Notes: generated by a model from the letters alone, not told the origin. Counted from the stretch's first letter, positions 1 to 9,136 are shown. The stretch: DNA of 64,000 nt from Candidatus Binataceae bacterium (GCA_015478645.1 JADMIL010000007.1:3356-67355), one strand, 5' to 3'. A program made the numbers and translations.

Positions 1-384
1 GGCGAGTTCGTCACCAGCCTGACGACCTGGGAGTTGCGCGAGGAGATGAGCGCGACGTCGGCCGACGTCGGACCCGAGGTCAGCGAGCCCGAGGTCGCGG
101 GCCTCGAGATGGCGCCGTCGATCGCGGTCAAGCCGCCGCGGGTGAAAAAATCGCCGGTCGCGCTCGAGTGCAAATACTGGAAGACCATCGAATTGCCGGC
201 GGTGGGCGCGGGCGCGATCGCCTACGCGATCGTGATCGGCGAGGTCGTCGGGATCTATATCGACGACGCGGTGATCGTCGAAGGCCGGATCGATCTGTCG
301 GGCGCGCGGCCGATCGCGCGGCTCGGCTACCTCGATCAATACGCGGTGGTCGATACGATCTTCAAAATGCGCCGCCCCGGCTGA
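1..384 (+). CDS. Flavin reductase-like domain protein (FMN-binding split barrel), C-terminal part; 5' end truncated by window edge
   Basis: The ORF is open from nt 1 in frame 1. The C-terminal pattern '...ALECKYW...IGEVVGIYIDD..IDLSGARPIARLGY' is typical of the flavin reductase family. Confidence 0.55.
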   Translation, partial: GEFVTSLTTWELREEMSATSADVGPEVSEPEVAGLEMAPSIAVKPPRVKKSPVALECKYWKTIELPAVGAGAIAYAIVIGEVVGIYIDDAVIVEGRIDLSGARPIARLGYLDQYAVVDTIFKMRRPG

Positions 385-487
385 CGAGCGGTGCGCGACT
401 GCGCGGGCGAGCCATTATCGACTAGCCCGGGTGAATGGTTATCTCTGCCATTATGGGTTCCGTCACGAGGCTTTTGGGAAGACACCC

Positions 488-575
488 GCGCGGGATTCAT
501 TCGCTGCGGCAACCTGCGCTCAGAATGACAGGAGAAGGGAGCGTCCGTCATTCTGAGCGCAGCGAAGAATCCCGA
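488..575. repeat. Nested palindromic intergenic repeat, copy A (same family as 33634-33748 and 50696-50809)
   Basis: The outer arms are cgggattcattcgctgcg and cgcagcgaagaatcccg. The inner arms are tgcgctcagaatgac and gtcattctgagcgca. It shares the core 'ctgagcgcagcgaagaatccc' with copy B and 'cgctcagaatgaca' with copy C. Confidence 0.6.
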
Positions 576-641
576 ATTTTAAGAGGAACAAATCGGGGGC
601 GGCGCTCGCAGCGATCACAATGCTTGAGCACAGCCGACGAC

Positions 642-1118
642 CTATTTCTTCGACCAGAACTCCCAATCCCGCGCAAAATCCTGCACCGTAATCGCCCGGC
701 GCAGGCTAAAGTCGGTATTCAGCAGATCGTAAATGTGATCGTCGGTGCCGCGCATGCTGAAATAGACCACGACGCCGTCGTCGCCGCCGCCCTCGATATG
801 AATCTCGTTTTCGGCGCCGCTCGAGAACGAGCCGGCCGGCTTGACCTTCTCGACCACGCCATTGGCGGTCTGATCGAAAACGTGGAGCGACCCTTCGAGC
901 ACCATCGTGGTGGTGGCGGCGACGTGGCGATGGAACAGGCAGCGTGCGCCGGGGTCGAATTTGACCAGTATATCGGCCGTATGGGTGGCCACGTTGACGT
1001 CGAGAATCTTGTAATAGCAGCCGTCGGTGAGGAAATCTTTCCAGTCGACTTGGGCGGTATCGTAGCGGAAGCCCGCGGCATTGGTCTTGGGCGTCGCGGC
1101 CAACGTGTTCTCGTTCAT
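642..1118 (-). CDS. Cupin domain protein (ChrR-like cupin)
   Basis: An ATG at 1118 (MNENTLAA...) is preceded by a gaggga RBS. The HRH...EG motif lies in a cupin barrel. The protein is paralogous to the bicupin at 43809-44477. The longer TTG-initiated extension in the ORF track is unlikely. Confidence 0.6.
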   Translation of the reverse strand: MNENTLAATPKTNAAGFRYDTAQVDWKDFLTDGCYYKILDVNVATHTADILVKFDPGARCLFHRHVAATTTMVLEGSLHVFDQTANGVVEKVKPAGSFSSGAENEIHIEGGGDDGVVVYFSMRGTDDHIYDLLNTDFSLRRAITVQDFARDWEFWSKK

Positions 1119-1240
1119 TCGATTCCCTCGTAATCGACGGAAATTCAGGTGCGTCTCGTCGTGGTGATGTAAAAGTATCTCACGGGGCGGCGACGGTCTA
1201 TCCGATCGCGAGTTTGCGCCGCGCCGCATCGCGTAACGCA

Positions 1241-1276
1241 AACCGGCCGGCGCTAATCACCGGCCCGGTTTTTTCA
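1241..1276. terminator. GC-rich hairpin flanked by an A-run and a T-run (aaaccggccgg-cgctaatca-ccggcccggtttttt), lying between convergent or adjacent genes
   Basis: An 11-bp stem with one bulge, followed by TTTTTT on the plus strand. It lies immediately 3' of the minus-strand LLM gene stop at 1296, where only a short U-tract follows on that strand. Confidence 0.35.
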
Positions 1277-1295
1277 ATGTTTCGATCGGCTTGCG

Positions 1296-2519
1296 TTACG
1301 GACGGACGCGCGTGACCGGCTGATCGGCGAGGTCCGACGGCTTCTGGCCGATCGCCTGCCGATGCTCCTTGTAATCGTGCATCGCCTTGAGCACCGCCTG
1401 CACCGAGGTGGCGAACAACTGGTCGCGCCGCTCCGCGGTCCATTGCTGCGAATACTCGATCGGGATCGCCGAGCCCTGAAATTGCGGCATCACATGACGC
1501 GCGAGCAGTTCGTAGGACTTGTTGGTCTTTTCGCGCGAGGCCCATTCGTGCGCCAGCACCAGCAATCCGCCGAAGCCGCCGCCGGTCGCTTCAATCACCT
1601 CTTTGATACGCTTGATCGCGTCGTCGGGCGTGCCGACGATCGCGCCGCCGCGGCCGATCATCCGATCGAGCGTCATCTCCTCGGCCGGTTGCCCGGGATA
1701 TTCCTCGAACTGGATGCGCGCGGCTAAAGTGTCGATAAAATATTTCTGAATCCACGCATTGCCGCCCTCGCGCACGTCGTCGGCCGCCTCCTTGGTCGAC
1801 TCGGCCAGATGGACCGGGAAGACCAGCCGCCAGTTCTTGCGGTCGACGGTCTTGCCGTATTCGGCAGCGGTCTCCTCGGCCATCTGCCAGCGCTTGGGCA
1901 AACCTTCGAGGCCGCCCTTGCTGAACGCCGCCACCGACAGCACGCCGCATCCCAGGCGGCCCGCCGCGACCATCCCGGAGGGCGAGATCGTGTTGGCGAC
2001 AAAGACCGGCAAATGCGGCTGCTGGAACGGCTTCACCTGCAGATGCGCGTCGCGCATCTTGAAGTACGACCCGTCGATCGTGATGTTGCCCGGCTCGTTG
2101 AACAGGCGCATCACCGCCTCGAGGCCCTCGACCATGCGGTCGCGTTGCGTGGTGGTCTCGATGCCGAGCATGTAGGCGTCGCTCGAGAGCGCGCCGGGAC
2201 CGCATCCCAGGATGATGCGGCCGCGCGTAATCTGATCGAGCATCGCGAAGCGGCTCGCGATATGAAACGGATGATGGTACGGCACGCTGGTGACGCCCGA
2301 GCCGAGCATGATGCGCTTGGTGCGGGTGGCCGCCACCGCCATGAAGATTTCGGGCGACGGGATGATCTCCCATCCGGCCGAATGATGCTCGCCGATGAAG
2401 GCCTCGTCGTAGCCCAGCTCGTCGAGCCATTCGATCAATTGCAAATCGCGTTCGTAGGCCAGCGACGGATTTTCGCCGACGCGGTGAAACGGGGCCATGA
2501 AGATGCCGAACTTCATCAT
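1296..2519 (-). CDS. LLM-class (luciferase-like) flavin-dependent oxidoreductase
   Basis: A 407-aa protein. The N-terminus MMKFGIFMAPFH...EAFIGEHH and the overall length match the luciferase-like monooxygenase family. Confidence 0.8.
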   Translation of the reverse strand: MMKFGIFMAPFHRVGENPSLAYERDLQLIEWLDELGYDEAFIGEHHSAGWEIIPSPEIFMAVAATRTKRIMLGSGVTSVPYHHPFHIASRFAMLDQITRGRIILGCGPGALSSDAYMLGIETTTQRDRMVEGLEAVMRLFNEPGNITIDGSYFKMRDAHLQVKPFQQPHLPVFVANTISPSGMVAAGRLGCGVLSVAAFSKGGLEGLPKRWQMAEETAAEYGKTVDRKNWRLVFPVHLAESTKEAADDVREGGNAWIQKYFIDTLAARIQFEEYPGQPAEEMTLDRMIGRGGAIVGTPDDAIKRIKEVIEATGGGFGGLLVLAHEWASREKTNKSYELLARHVMPQFQGSAIPIEYSQQWTAERRDQLFATSVQAVLKAMHDYKEHRQAIGQKPSDLADQPVTRVRP

Positions 2520-2681
2520 TGTACTTTGCCTGTGTTCCTTACCGGGCTTCGCGTTTGCGGCGCCGCCGCTCGACGCATACGCCGATTAAAATATGCGCCG
2601 CACGTTACGCCCGATGCCCGTGGACGACAATAGCATCCGGCGCATGCGCGTCACCGTATGACCGCTGCGCGGGTCACCGTA

Positions 2682-3962
2682 TCACCCTTCGCGGGTCATG
2701 GCCTCGCGATAATAGCGCCAGATTGCGCGCTGCGTGGTCTCGTCGGTCTCATGGCCGGTGAGCGCGCCGTCGGCCTCGCGGTTTTCGCGATGGAGTCCGC
2801 GGCGCAGCACCAGCCATTCGTTGACCCGCGCCTGAAAGCCGGCCTGATTGCGCTCGTAGGCCTCGAAGTCGTCGGGCGCGACGCGGCCGGCCGGTCCGTG
2901 AATCAGGTAGGTCTCGCTCAGGCGGCGATTGTTCAGTTCGGCCGGGGCGTCCTTGAGCAGCGTCGGATAATACGAGATGACGGTCTCTTCGGCGCTGACC
3001 GGCTGAATCACGCGTAACTGGTTCAAAATAAAAATGATATTCGGCGCGATGCAGAAATGCGGCGGCCCTTCCGCGATGATCCGCTGGCCGCGCGCGGCGC
3101 CGTAATGCCGCTCCATCGCGGCGCGGTACTCGTCGTATGCACCCTTGCTCCATCCGGGCGGCACGACGCGTCCGCCGTTGCGCACGTTGACCGGGTTCAG
3201 ATCGAGTTGTGCCGCGCCGTTGCCCAGATCGCGCGTCAGCGCCTCGCTGCCCTCGCCGAAGATCGTCTCCATGCTGTTCTTGCCGCGCGTCATCATCGCC
3301 ATCGCGGCATGATGCAAAATGTTCGGATGATAGCCGTCGACCGAATTTTCCAGCGCCATCTTCCAGTTGCCGCGGTACGAATGCTTGAGCACGCCCGATC
3401 GCACGACGATCTCGCCGGCTGGCGACAGGTCGACGAACTGATCGATCAGCCGCGCGCTCGCGCCCAGCCGATCCATCAGGGTCGGACCTTCGGCGCTGAG
3501 GCTCGCGAAAATGAGTCCGCGATAGGCCGCCATCCGCGGCACCCGGGCGAGCGCGTACTCGCGCTTGTTGAACGCCGTGCCGTAGCCCGCGGCGTAGGGC
3601 ACGCCGACCAGGTCGCCGCGATTATTGTAGGTCCATCCGTGATAGGCGCAGCGAAAGGCGTGCGCGTTGCCGCGTTCGCTCTGGCATACGGTGTTGCCGC
3701 GATGCATGCAGCGGTTGAGCAGCAGATGGACCTGGCCGTCCTCGTCGCGCGAGACGATAACCGGCTGCATCCCGACCTGGCGCATTACATAGTCGCCCGG
3801 CTCGGGAACTTCGCTTTCATGCGCAACGTAAATCCATTCGCGATGCCAGATGCGGTCGATTTCGTCGCGGAAGATCGCCGGATCGTAGTACACGCGCCCG
3901 TTGATGCGATCGTCGAGCACCAGCGCGCGATAGTCGACATTTGCGTTGGCCGTCGTCTCCAT
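2682..3962 (-). CDS. Rieske non-heme iron aromatic ring-hydroxylating oxygenase, alpha subunit
   Basis: A Rieske [2Fe-2S] motif CMHRG...CAYHGW. An ATG at 3962 (METTANANVDYR) is preceded by a ggagg RBS. The length is about 427 aa. Confidence 0.85.
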   Translation of the reverse strand: METTANANVDYRALVLDDRINGRVYYDPAIFRDEIDRIWHREWIYVAHESEVPEPGDYVMRQVGMQPVIVSRDEDGQVHLLLNRCMHRGNTVCQSERGNAHAFRCAYHGWTYNNRGDLVGVPYAAGYGTAFNKREYALARVPRMAAYRGLIFASLSAEGPTLMDRLGASARLIDQFVDLSPAGEIVVRSGVLKHSYRGNWKMALENSVDGYHPNILHHAAMAMMTRGKNSMETIFGEGSEALTRDLGNGAAQLDLNPVNVRNGGRVVPPGWSKGAYDEYRAAMERHYGAARGQRIIAEGPPHFCIAPNIIFILNQLRVIQPVSAEETVISYYPTLLKDAPAELNNRRLSETYLIHGPAGRVAPDDFEAYERNQAGFQARVNEWLVLRRGLHRENREADGALTGHETDETTQRAIWRYYREAMTREG

Positions 3963-4083
3963 GATCGGTCTGCCTCCGGCGCGAAATTTCCGCCCCCTGC
4001 ATCTGCTGCGCTTGCGGCGCCGGCCCGTCGGGGCGGAGGACGGGCGCGGGTGACTTACAAATTCTTGCTCCGGGCAATCCCCG

Positions 4084-4338
4084 CTATGACGTGCGCCCAT
4101 TGCGCCCGTTGGACTTTGGCATATCGGGCTCGTTGGAGATGGGCGCTTCGCGCAGATGCCGCGACGGATCGAGGAACGGCGCCAGTTCGTCGTGGCGCAC
4201 GCGCGCGAGCGCCGCCAGTTCGAGCGGATCGAGCAGCACGCGCATCCCGGTCTGCGCGTCGCGGATCAGCAGGCGCGGGCCGTTGCCGCAGTCGTCGCGC
4301 TCGATTTCGACCGAGGCAAATTCACTCGTGAGTCGCAT
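4084..4338 (-). CDS. Small hypothetical protein encoded between the Rieske beta and alpha subunit genes
   Basis: The ORF has high GC3. An ATG at 4338 (MRLTSEF...) is preceded by an aggga RBS. No recognisable domain was found. Confidence 0.4.
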   Translation of the reverse strand: MRLTSEFASVEIERDDCGNGPRLLIRDAQTGMRVLLDPLELAALARVRHDELAPFLDPSRHLREAPISNEPDMPKSNGRNGRTS

Positions 4339-4398
4339 GATTTCCCTGTCGCGCATGCTTCATTGTTGCAAGGCGCCCGCCGCATCGCCATTCATATC

Positions 4399-4899
4399 TC
4401 AGATCAGAAAAAGCATATTGGGCAGCGGCTCATCGTGATTGAGCAGCGTGACCTTCTTGTATTTGATCGCCAGGCTGCCGGCGCGCCGCACCAGCCGATG
4501 TAGCGTGCTGCCAACCCATAGCGTCTGGCGATGGCGATGCAGTTCGGCCAGGATGAAGCTCGAGTTGACGACCACCTCTGCGCCGCTTGCCTCGTCGGCG
4601 CTCAATTGCGCGGCGCCGGCTTGCGCAACCTCGATATTCGCGACCAGGCGCTTGAGCCGCGGCGCCTGCTCTTTGAGCCACAGGGTCTCTTTGAGCCGCA
4701 CGATCCGGTTGCGCAACTGGCCCCGCCGATCGTAAATCACCGACACGGTCTGCGACGGCTCGCCCTCCGGGTCGCCGCACGGCACCCAGTAGGTCGCGTC
4801 CTCGTCCCACAACGCCAGCCATTCGTCGTAGCGATGGCCGTCCATCAGGCGCGCTTCAAGATAGATAAACCGTTCGATTTCCTGGCGATCCGGCGCCAT
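4399..4899 (-). CDS. Aromatic ring-hydroxylating dioxygenase beta subunit (NTF2/SnoaL-like fold)
   Basis: An ATG at 4899 (MAPDRQEIERFIYLEARLMDGHRYDEWLALW) is preceded by a ggaga RBS. The motif is typical of the beta subunit and the length is about 166 aa. Confidence 0.75.
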   Translation of the reverse strand: MAPDRQEIERFIYLEARLMDGHRYDEWLALWDEDATYWVPCGDPEGEPSQTVSVIYDRRGQLRNRIVRLKETLWLKEQAPRLKRLVANIEVAQAGAAQLSADEASGAEVVVNSSFILAELHRHRQTLWVGSTLHRLVRRAGSLAIKYKKVTLLNHDEPLPNMLFLI

Positions 4900-5243
4900 C
4901 GCGACATCATCTCCGAGCGGCCGTGTGCCCCGGCGGGCGCGACGCGGCCGGATTGCGTAATTAATCAATGGCCTAGCAGATCAGACTCGCGATTGCACGG
5001 CGGCCCGCCCGGCCTTACGCGGCCGTGAAACATGCCCGGCCGCGTTACGTCTAACCAATAGGCCGATACGTCTTAGGCCGACGCTTTCGCGTCGCCGCGA
5101 AATAAGCCGCTTGCTCCCGCGATCGGCAAATAGGAAGATCGTTATGTGGGAAATCCGTGCCTGGAAGAATCCGGCTTACCGGAGAATCCTATTCCACGGA
5201 CGACGGCGCGCGGCTGAGGCCTATATCCCGATGACCTGTCCGA

Positions 5244-5297
5244 TGACCCTGCGAAACCGGATGATCCTGCGAAACCGGATGACCTGGCCAAACCGCC
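5244..5297 (+). repeat. Tandem 18-bp direct repeat (gayCCTGCGAAACCGGAT twice, plus a degenerate third unit) at the 5' end or leader of the VWA gene
   Basis: Read directly as gaccctgcgaaaccggat gatcctgcgaaaccggat gacctggccaaaccgcct. In frame it encodes the repeats MTLRNR / MILRNR / MTWPNR. Confidence 0.5.
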
Positions 5298-6448
5298 TGA
5301 AGTGGCTGGCGTCTCGAAGACTGCCGGCGGCGGCGCTCGTCCTGTGCGTGATCCTTGCCGGCGGCCCGCTCGCGATCGCCCAGCAGGGTCAGTTCAACCC
5401 GCCGCCGATTCCGCCGAGTACGCAGGGTCAGGGCGGTTCGGTGCTCGAACTACCGACCATGCCCGGGCATCAGGGCGGCGGCTCGTCCAATACGATTCCG
5501 CAAATCGTGCCGCAGCCGGGCCAGGCGCTGACCGTGCCGTCGCGCGAGCTGAGCAACCAGCAGGGCTACGAACAGGTCACCGTGACCGTCACCGATCAGC
5601 AGGGGCGCTACGTGACCGGCTTGCAGCGTGGCGACTTCAAGCTGCTGGTCGACGGGCAGGATCGCGCGATCCAGTTCTTCCGCCAGGACCTCAATACGCC
5701 TGTCTCGATCGGCATCCTGGTGGATACCTCGGGCAGCATGCAGCCCAAGATTCCGCAGGCCCGCGCCGCGATTTCCGAATTTATCCATGACCTCAACGAT
5801 CGCGACGACGTTTTCCTGTTCGCCTTCTCCAGCCGGCCTTTCCTGCTGCAGCCCTTCACCACCAACCACTACCTGGTCATGAGCCGGCTCGAACTGCTCC
5901 ACGCCTACGGCCAGACCGCCCTCTTCGACACCATCCTCGACGGCCTGCTGATGGTCGAACATGGGCGCTACGACAAGAAGGCGCTGCTGGTGGTGACCGA
6001 CGGGATGGATAACACCAGCCAGTCGTCGCTCGAACAGGTGATCGCGCAGGCGCGCCGGATGGGCGTGCTGGTCTACTCGATCGGCATCGGCGACCCCAAC
6101 TCCTCGGCGATGCCGAGCGTCGCAATCGGGCCGTTGCTGTTTGGCGGCGATGTCGATCAGGTCGACGCGCGCACGCTGACGGCGCTCTCGACCGAGAGCG
6201 GCGCCAAAACCTATATCATCCGCGAGGTCGGTGACGGTGAGGCCCTGCGCAATGCCTGCGCCACGATCAGCCGCGAATTGCGCGAGCAGTACACGGTGGG
6301 ATTCATCGCGCCCGACGCCGCGCGCGGCGGCTATCGCTCGGTGCATGTCGACGTGCCGGGCCATGCGGACGATACCGTGCGCGTGCGCAAGGGCGTCGAG
6401 GTCGGCCATTCGATGTCGGCTTCGGCCGGCTATCCGCCGGCTCCCTGA
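5279..6448 (+). CDS. Secreted von Willebrand factor type A (VWA) domain protein
   Basis: A signal peptide MTWPNRLKWLASRRLPAAALVLCVILAGGPLAIA-QQ and the MIDAS motif DTSGSM. The start is ambiguous: in-frame ATGs lie at 5144, 5231, 5243, 5261 and 5279. Position 5279 gives a canonical signal peptide. Confidence 0.7.
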   Translation: MTWPNRLKWLASRRLPAAALVLCVILAGGPLAIAQQGQFNPPPIPPSTQGQGGSVLELPTMPGHQGGGSSNTIPQIVPQPGQALTVPSRELSNQQGYEQVTVTVTDQQGRYVTGLQRGDFKLLVDGQDRAIQFFRQDLNTPVSIGILVDTSGSMQPKIPQARAAISEFIHDLNDRDDVFLFAFSSRPFLLQPFTTNHYLVMSRLELLHAYGQTALFDTILDGLLMVEHGRYDKKALLVVTDGMDNTSQSSLEQVIAQARRMGVLVYSIGIGDPNSSAMPSVAIGPLLFGGDVDQVDARTLTALSTESGAKTYIIREVGDGEALRNACATISRELREQYTVGFIAPDAARGGYRSVHVDVPGHADDTVRVRKGVEVGHSMSASAGYPPAP

Positions 6449-6490
6449 GCTTGCCCGCGGCGCCCGTCACGCGCGCCAGCGCCGCGCGAT

Positions 6491-7204
6491 TTAACTACGG
6501 TGCGGTTTGTTTGCCGGTTTCGCGGTTGAAAAGGGCGCGCTAAACGCCCGGCCCGGATCGGGCAGCAGATTCAAAAATTTCACTTCGGCGAACTCGCCGG
6601 CAATCTGGATCGCCGAGAGCGCCGCGTTGTCCACGCGGATGCGATGGAAGTATTTCAGCTCCAGGCCGAGAAAATGGCACAGCACCGTGCGCACGATGTC
6701 GCCATGCGAGACGAACAGCACGCGCTGGCCCGTGCGCGCCGCGATGGTCCGCGTGATCGCGCCGACGCCGCGCGCCTGGACCTCGGGGATCGTTTCGCCC
6801 CCCGGTGTCGGATGCTCGATCGGCGCCTTGCGATAGGCGACGTAATGCGGGTCTTCAATCAAATCGTGATACGTCAGTCCTTCCCAGCGTCCGTACAGCA
6901 CCTCGGAAATTTCCGGCTCCTCGATGATCTCGAGGCCGCCCAGCACCGCCGCGACAATCTCGGCCGACTGGCGCGCGCGCACCAGCGGGCTGGTCACAAT
7001 CACCTCGGGCCGCACGGCGCGCGCCAACTCGGCGGTCGCCGCGACTTGCGCGCGGCCATGCTCGTTGAGCTCGACCGGACGGCAGCCCATGACCCGGCCC
7101 TCGCGATTCCAGGTGGTCTCGCCATGGCGCATCAGGATCGCCGTGCCGCGGACGCCGGTGGTCTCAATTAGTTTTTGCGCCACGTAAAAGGGCCCCAACG
7201 CCAT
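6491..7204 (-). CDS. Histidine phosphatase family protein (phosphoglycerate mutase-like)
   Basis: The RHGET.WN catalytic motif (LMRHGETTWN). An ATG at 7204 (MALGPFY...) is preferred. An alternative ATG lies at 7249. Confidence 0.7.
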   Translation of the reverse strand: MALGPFYVAQKLIETTGVRGTAILMRHGETTWNREGRVMGCRPVELNEHGRAQVAATAELARAVRPEVIVTSPLVRARQSAEIVAAVLGGLEIIEEPEISEVLYGRWEGLTYHDLIEDPHYVAYRKAPIEHPTPGGETIPEVQARGVGAITRTIAARTGQRVLFVSHGDIVRTVLCHFLGLELKYFHRIRVDNAALSAIQIAGEFAEVKFLNLLPDPGRAFSAPFSTAKPANKPHRS

Positions 7205-7329
7205 TGGTCTTTCCGCCGGTTCATGATTAGCAAATAAAGCGCTTGGCAAACAAAACGGCGAGCGCCATGTCCTGCGCCCGCCGTTTGAGCATTAGTCGCG
7301 ATTCCCGCGTGGTCCGCGCGGTTACCGTC

Positions 7330-8556
7330 TCAGCGTCCCGCTGCGGCCGCCGCGTGGCCGTTGGCCATCTCGCCCGCACTGGTGCCGGCTGGGGCCAGTC
7401 CGCAGAAGGCCTCGTAGTCGATCAGCGTGGTCTGCGTCGGATGGTCGCTGCATACCGGGCATTCCGGATTGCGGCGAATCTTGAGCACCCGCACGTAGTC
7501 GGCCGACAGCGTGTCGAAGTAGACCATCTTACCGGCCAGCGACTTGCCCGCGCCGATCAGCAGTTTGATCGCTTCGAGCGCCTCGATCGATCCGATCACG
7601 CCCGGCAGCGCGCCCAGCACGCCTGCTTCGGCACACGACGGCGCCATGTCGGGCGGCGCCGGCTCCGGATAGAGGCATCGGTAGCACGGGCCGCCGGCGG
7701 CCGGATTGAACACCGTCGCGTTGCCCTCGAAGCGGAAGATCGCGCCGTCGACCAGCGGTTTTTTGGCAAACACGCACGCGTCATTGATCAGGTAGCGGGT
7801 GGGAAAATTGTCGCCGCAATTGATCACCACGTCGTAGTTCTTGATGATCTCCATCACGTTCTCGGAGCTTAGCCGCACGTCATGGCGAATCACCTTGATC
7901 GCGGGATTCAGCGCATTGATCGACTTTTGCGCCGATTCGGTCTTGAGCATCCCGACCCGGTCGGTCGTATGGATTATCTGGCGCTGCAAGTTGGACAGAT
8001 CGACCACGTCGAAATCGACCAGCCCGATCGTGCCGACACCGGCCGCCGCCAGGTAGAGCGCCGTCGGCGAGCCGAGCGCGCCAGTGCCGAGAATCAGCAC
8101 CTTGGAATCGAGCAGTTTAGCCTGGCCCTTCTCGCCGACTTCGGGAATCACGAAATGGCGCGAGTAGCGCGTGATCTCATCAGCGGTAAAATTTCGGTCG
8201 GCGGTCCACGGCAGCCCGCGATCCTTCCAGGCGTTGAAGCCCCCGGTCAGATTGTAGACGTTGTCGTAGCCGAGCTCGCTCAGGGTGCGCGCGGCCAGCA
8301 GCGAGCGCGTGCCCGAGGCGCATTGCAGGATCACCGGCGTATGGTGGTCGGGCACCTTCTCTTCGACTCGCAGTTCGAGGAACCCGCGCGGAATCGCGAC
8401 CGCCTGCGGGATATGCCCCTGGCGCCATTCGTCGCTCTCGCGCACGTCGATCAGCACCGTGCCGGGCTGATCGATCAGGCGGCGCGCTTCGTCGATATCG
8501 ATCTGCTTAATCGACGCGCGCGCCTCATCGAGCATATTCTTGGAAGTCTTGGCCAT
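7330..8556 (-). CDS. Rhodanese - ThiF/MoeB-type E1-like adenylyltransferase fusion, with the domain order inverted
   Basis: The N-terminal rhodanese domain has the CxxGxR loop (LQCASGTRS). It is followed by a ThiF Rossmann domain (VLILGTGALGSPTALYLAAAGVG) and the zinc motifs CYRC...CPVC. Confidence 0.8.
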   Translation of the reverse strand: MAKTSKNMLDEARASIKQIDIDEARRLIDQPGTVLIDVRESDEWRQGHIPQAVAIPRGFLELRVEEKVPDHHTPVILQCASGTRSLLAARTLSELGYDNVYNLTGGFNAWKDRGLPWTADRNFTADEITRYSRHFVIPEVGEKGQAKLLDSKVLILGTGALGSPTALYLAAAGVGTIGLVDFDVVDLSNLQRQIIHTTDRVGMLKTESAQKSINALNPAIKVIRHDVRLSSENVMEIIKNYDVVINCGDNFPTRYLINDACVFAKKPLVDGAIFRFEGNATVFNPAAGGPCYRCLYPEPAPPDMAPSCAEAGVLGALPGVIGSIEALEAIKLLIGAGKSLAGKMVYFDTLSADYVRVLKIRRNPECPVCSDHPTQTTLIDYEAFCGLAPAGTSAGEMANGHAAAAAGR

Positions 8557-8689
8557 CTGTTTTCACCGCTAGGTCCGCCTCAATCTCCGCTAACGCGGCG
8601 GGCGCCGGCTCCTTAACTTTGGTCCTATCATGCAACTATAACCATCCCGCCCGCGGGATGCATCACATGGCAACGCCCGTGCGCCGCGC

Positions 8690-9136
8690 TCAGCCGCCGA
8701 TCATGCGATGGGATTCGACCAGCGCATGGACGAAATTGAGCACGCGTTTGGCATGGCCGCGCGGCGTGACGTCGTCGAACGCGCGCACCACCCGCCCGTC
8801 GCGATCGATAACGAAGGTCGCGCGCTCGGCCGTCCCGTTGCGCAGCACGCCAAAGGCCCGCGCCATTTCCCCGGCCTCGTCGGCCAGCAGGGTAAAGGGA
8901 AAGCCGTGCTTCTCGGCAAACGCGCGATGCGATCCCGGCGAATCCGTGCTCACGCCAATCACCGCGCATTCGAGCGCGCGGAATTGCTCGTGCAGGTCGC
9001 GGAATTCCTTGCCCTGGAGGGTGCAGCCGGGCGTGTCATCCTGCGGATAGAAATAGACGACGACGAGCGTACCACGATAGTCGCTCAGCCGGCGCGTGCA
9101 GCCGAATTGATCGTGCAGCGCGATCGCCGGCGCCAT
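8690..9136 (-). CDS. bcp: Peroxiredoxin, Bcp-type thiol peroxidase
   Basis: Contains VVVYFYPQDDTPGCT. The ATG at 9136 gives a Bcp-like N-terminal length. The ORF-track start at 9181 would overlap thiC. Confidence 0.8.
   Translation of the reverse strand: MAPAIALHDQFGCTRRLSDYRGTLVVVYFYPQDDTPGCTLQGKEFRDLHEQFRALECAVIGVSTDSPGSHRAFAEKHGFPFTLLADEAGEMARAFGVLRNGTAERATFVIDRDGRVVRAFDDVTPRGHAKRVLNFVHALVESHRMIGG

Noticed and set aside
5111-5278. The N-terminal 56-aa extension of the VWA ORF.
   Set aside because: It would put a long basic segment before an otherwise canonical signal peptide. I treat it as a leader or uORF region, although an ATG with a good RBS at 5144 means it cannot be fully excluded.
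8641-8661. A hairpin catcccgc-c-gcgggatg downstream of bcp, considered as a terminator.
   Set aside because: The stem is only 8 bp and the U-tract is weak and interrupted (gttatagttg). It is too marginal to annotate.
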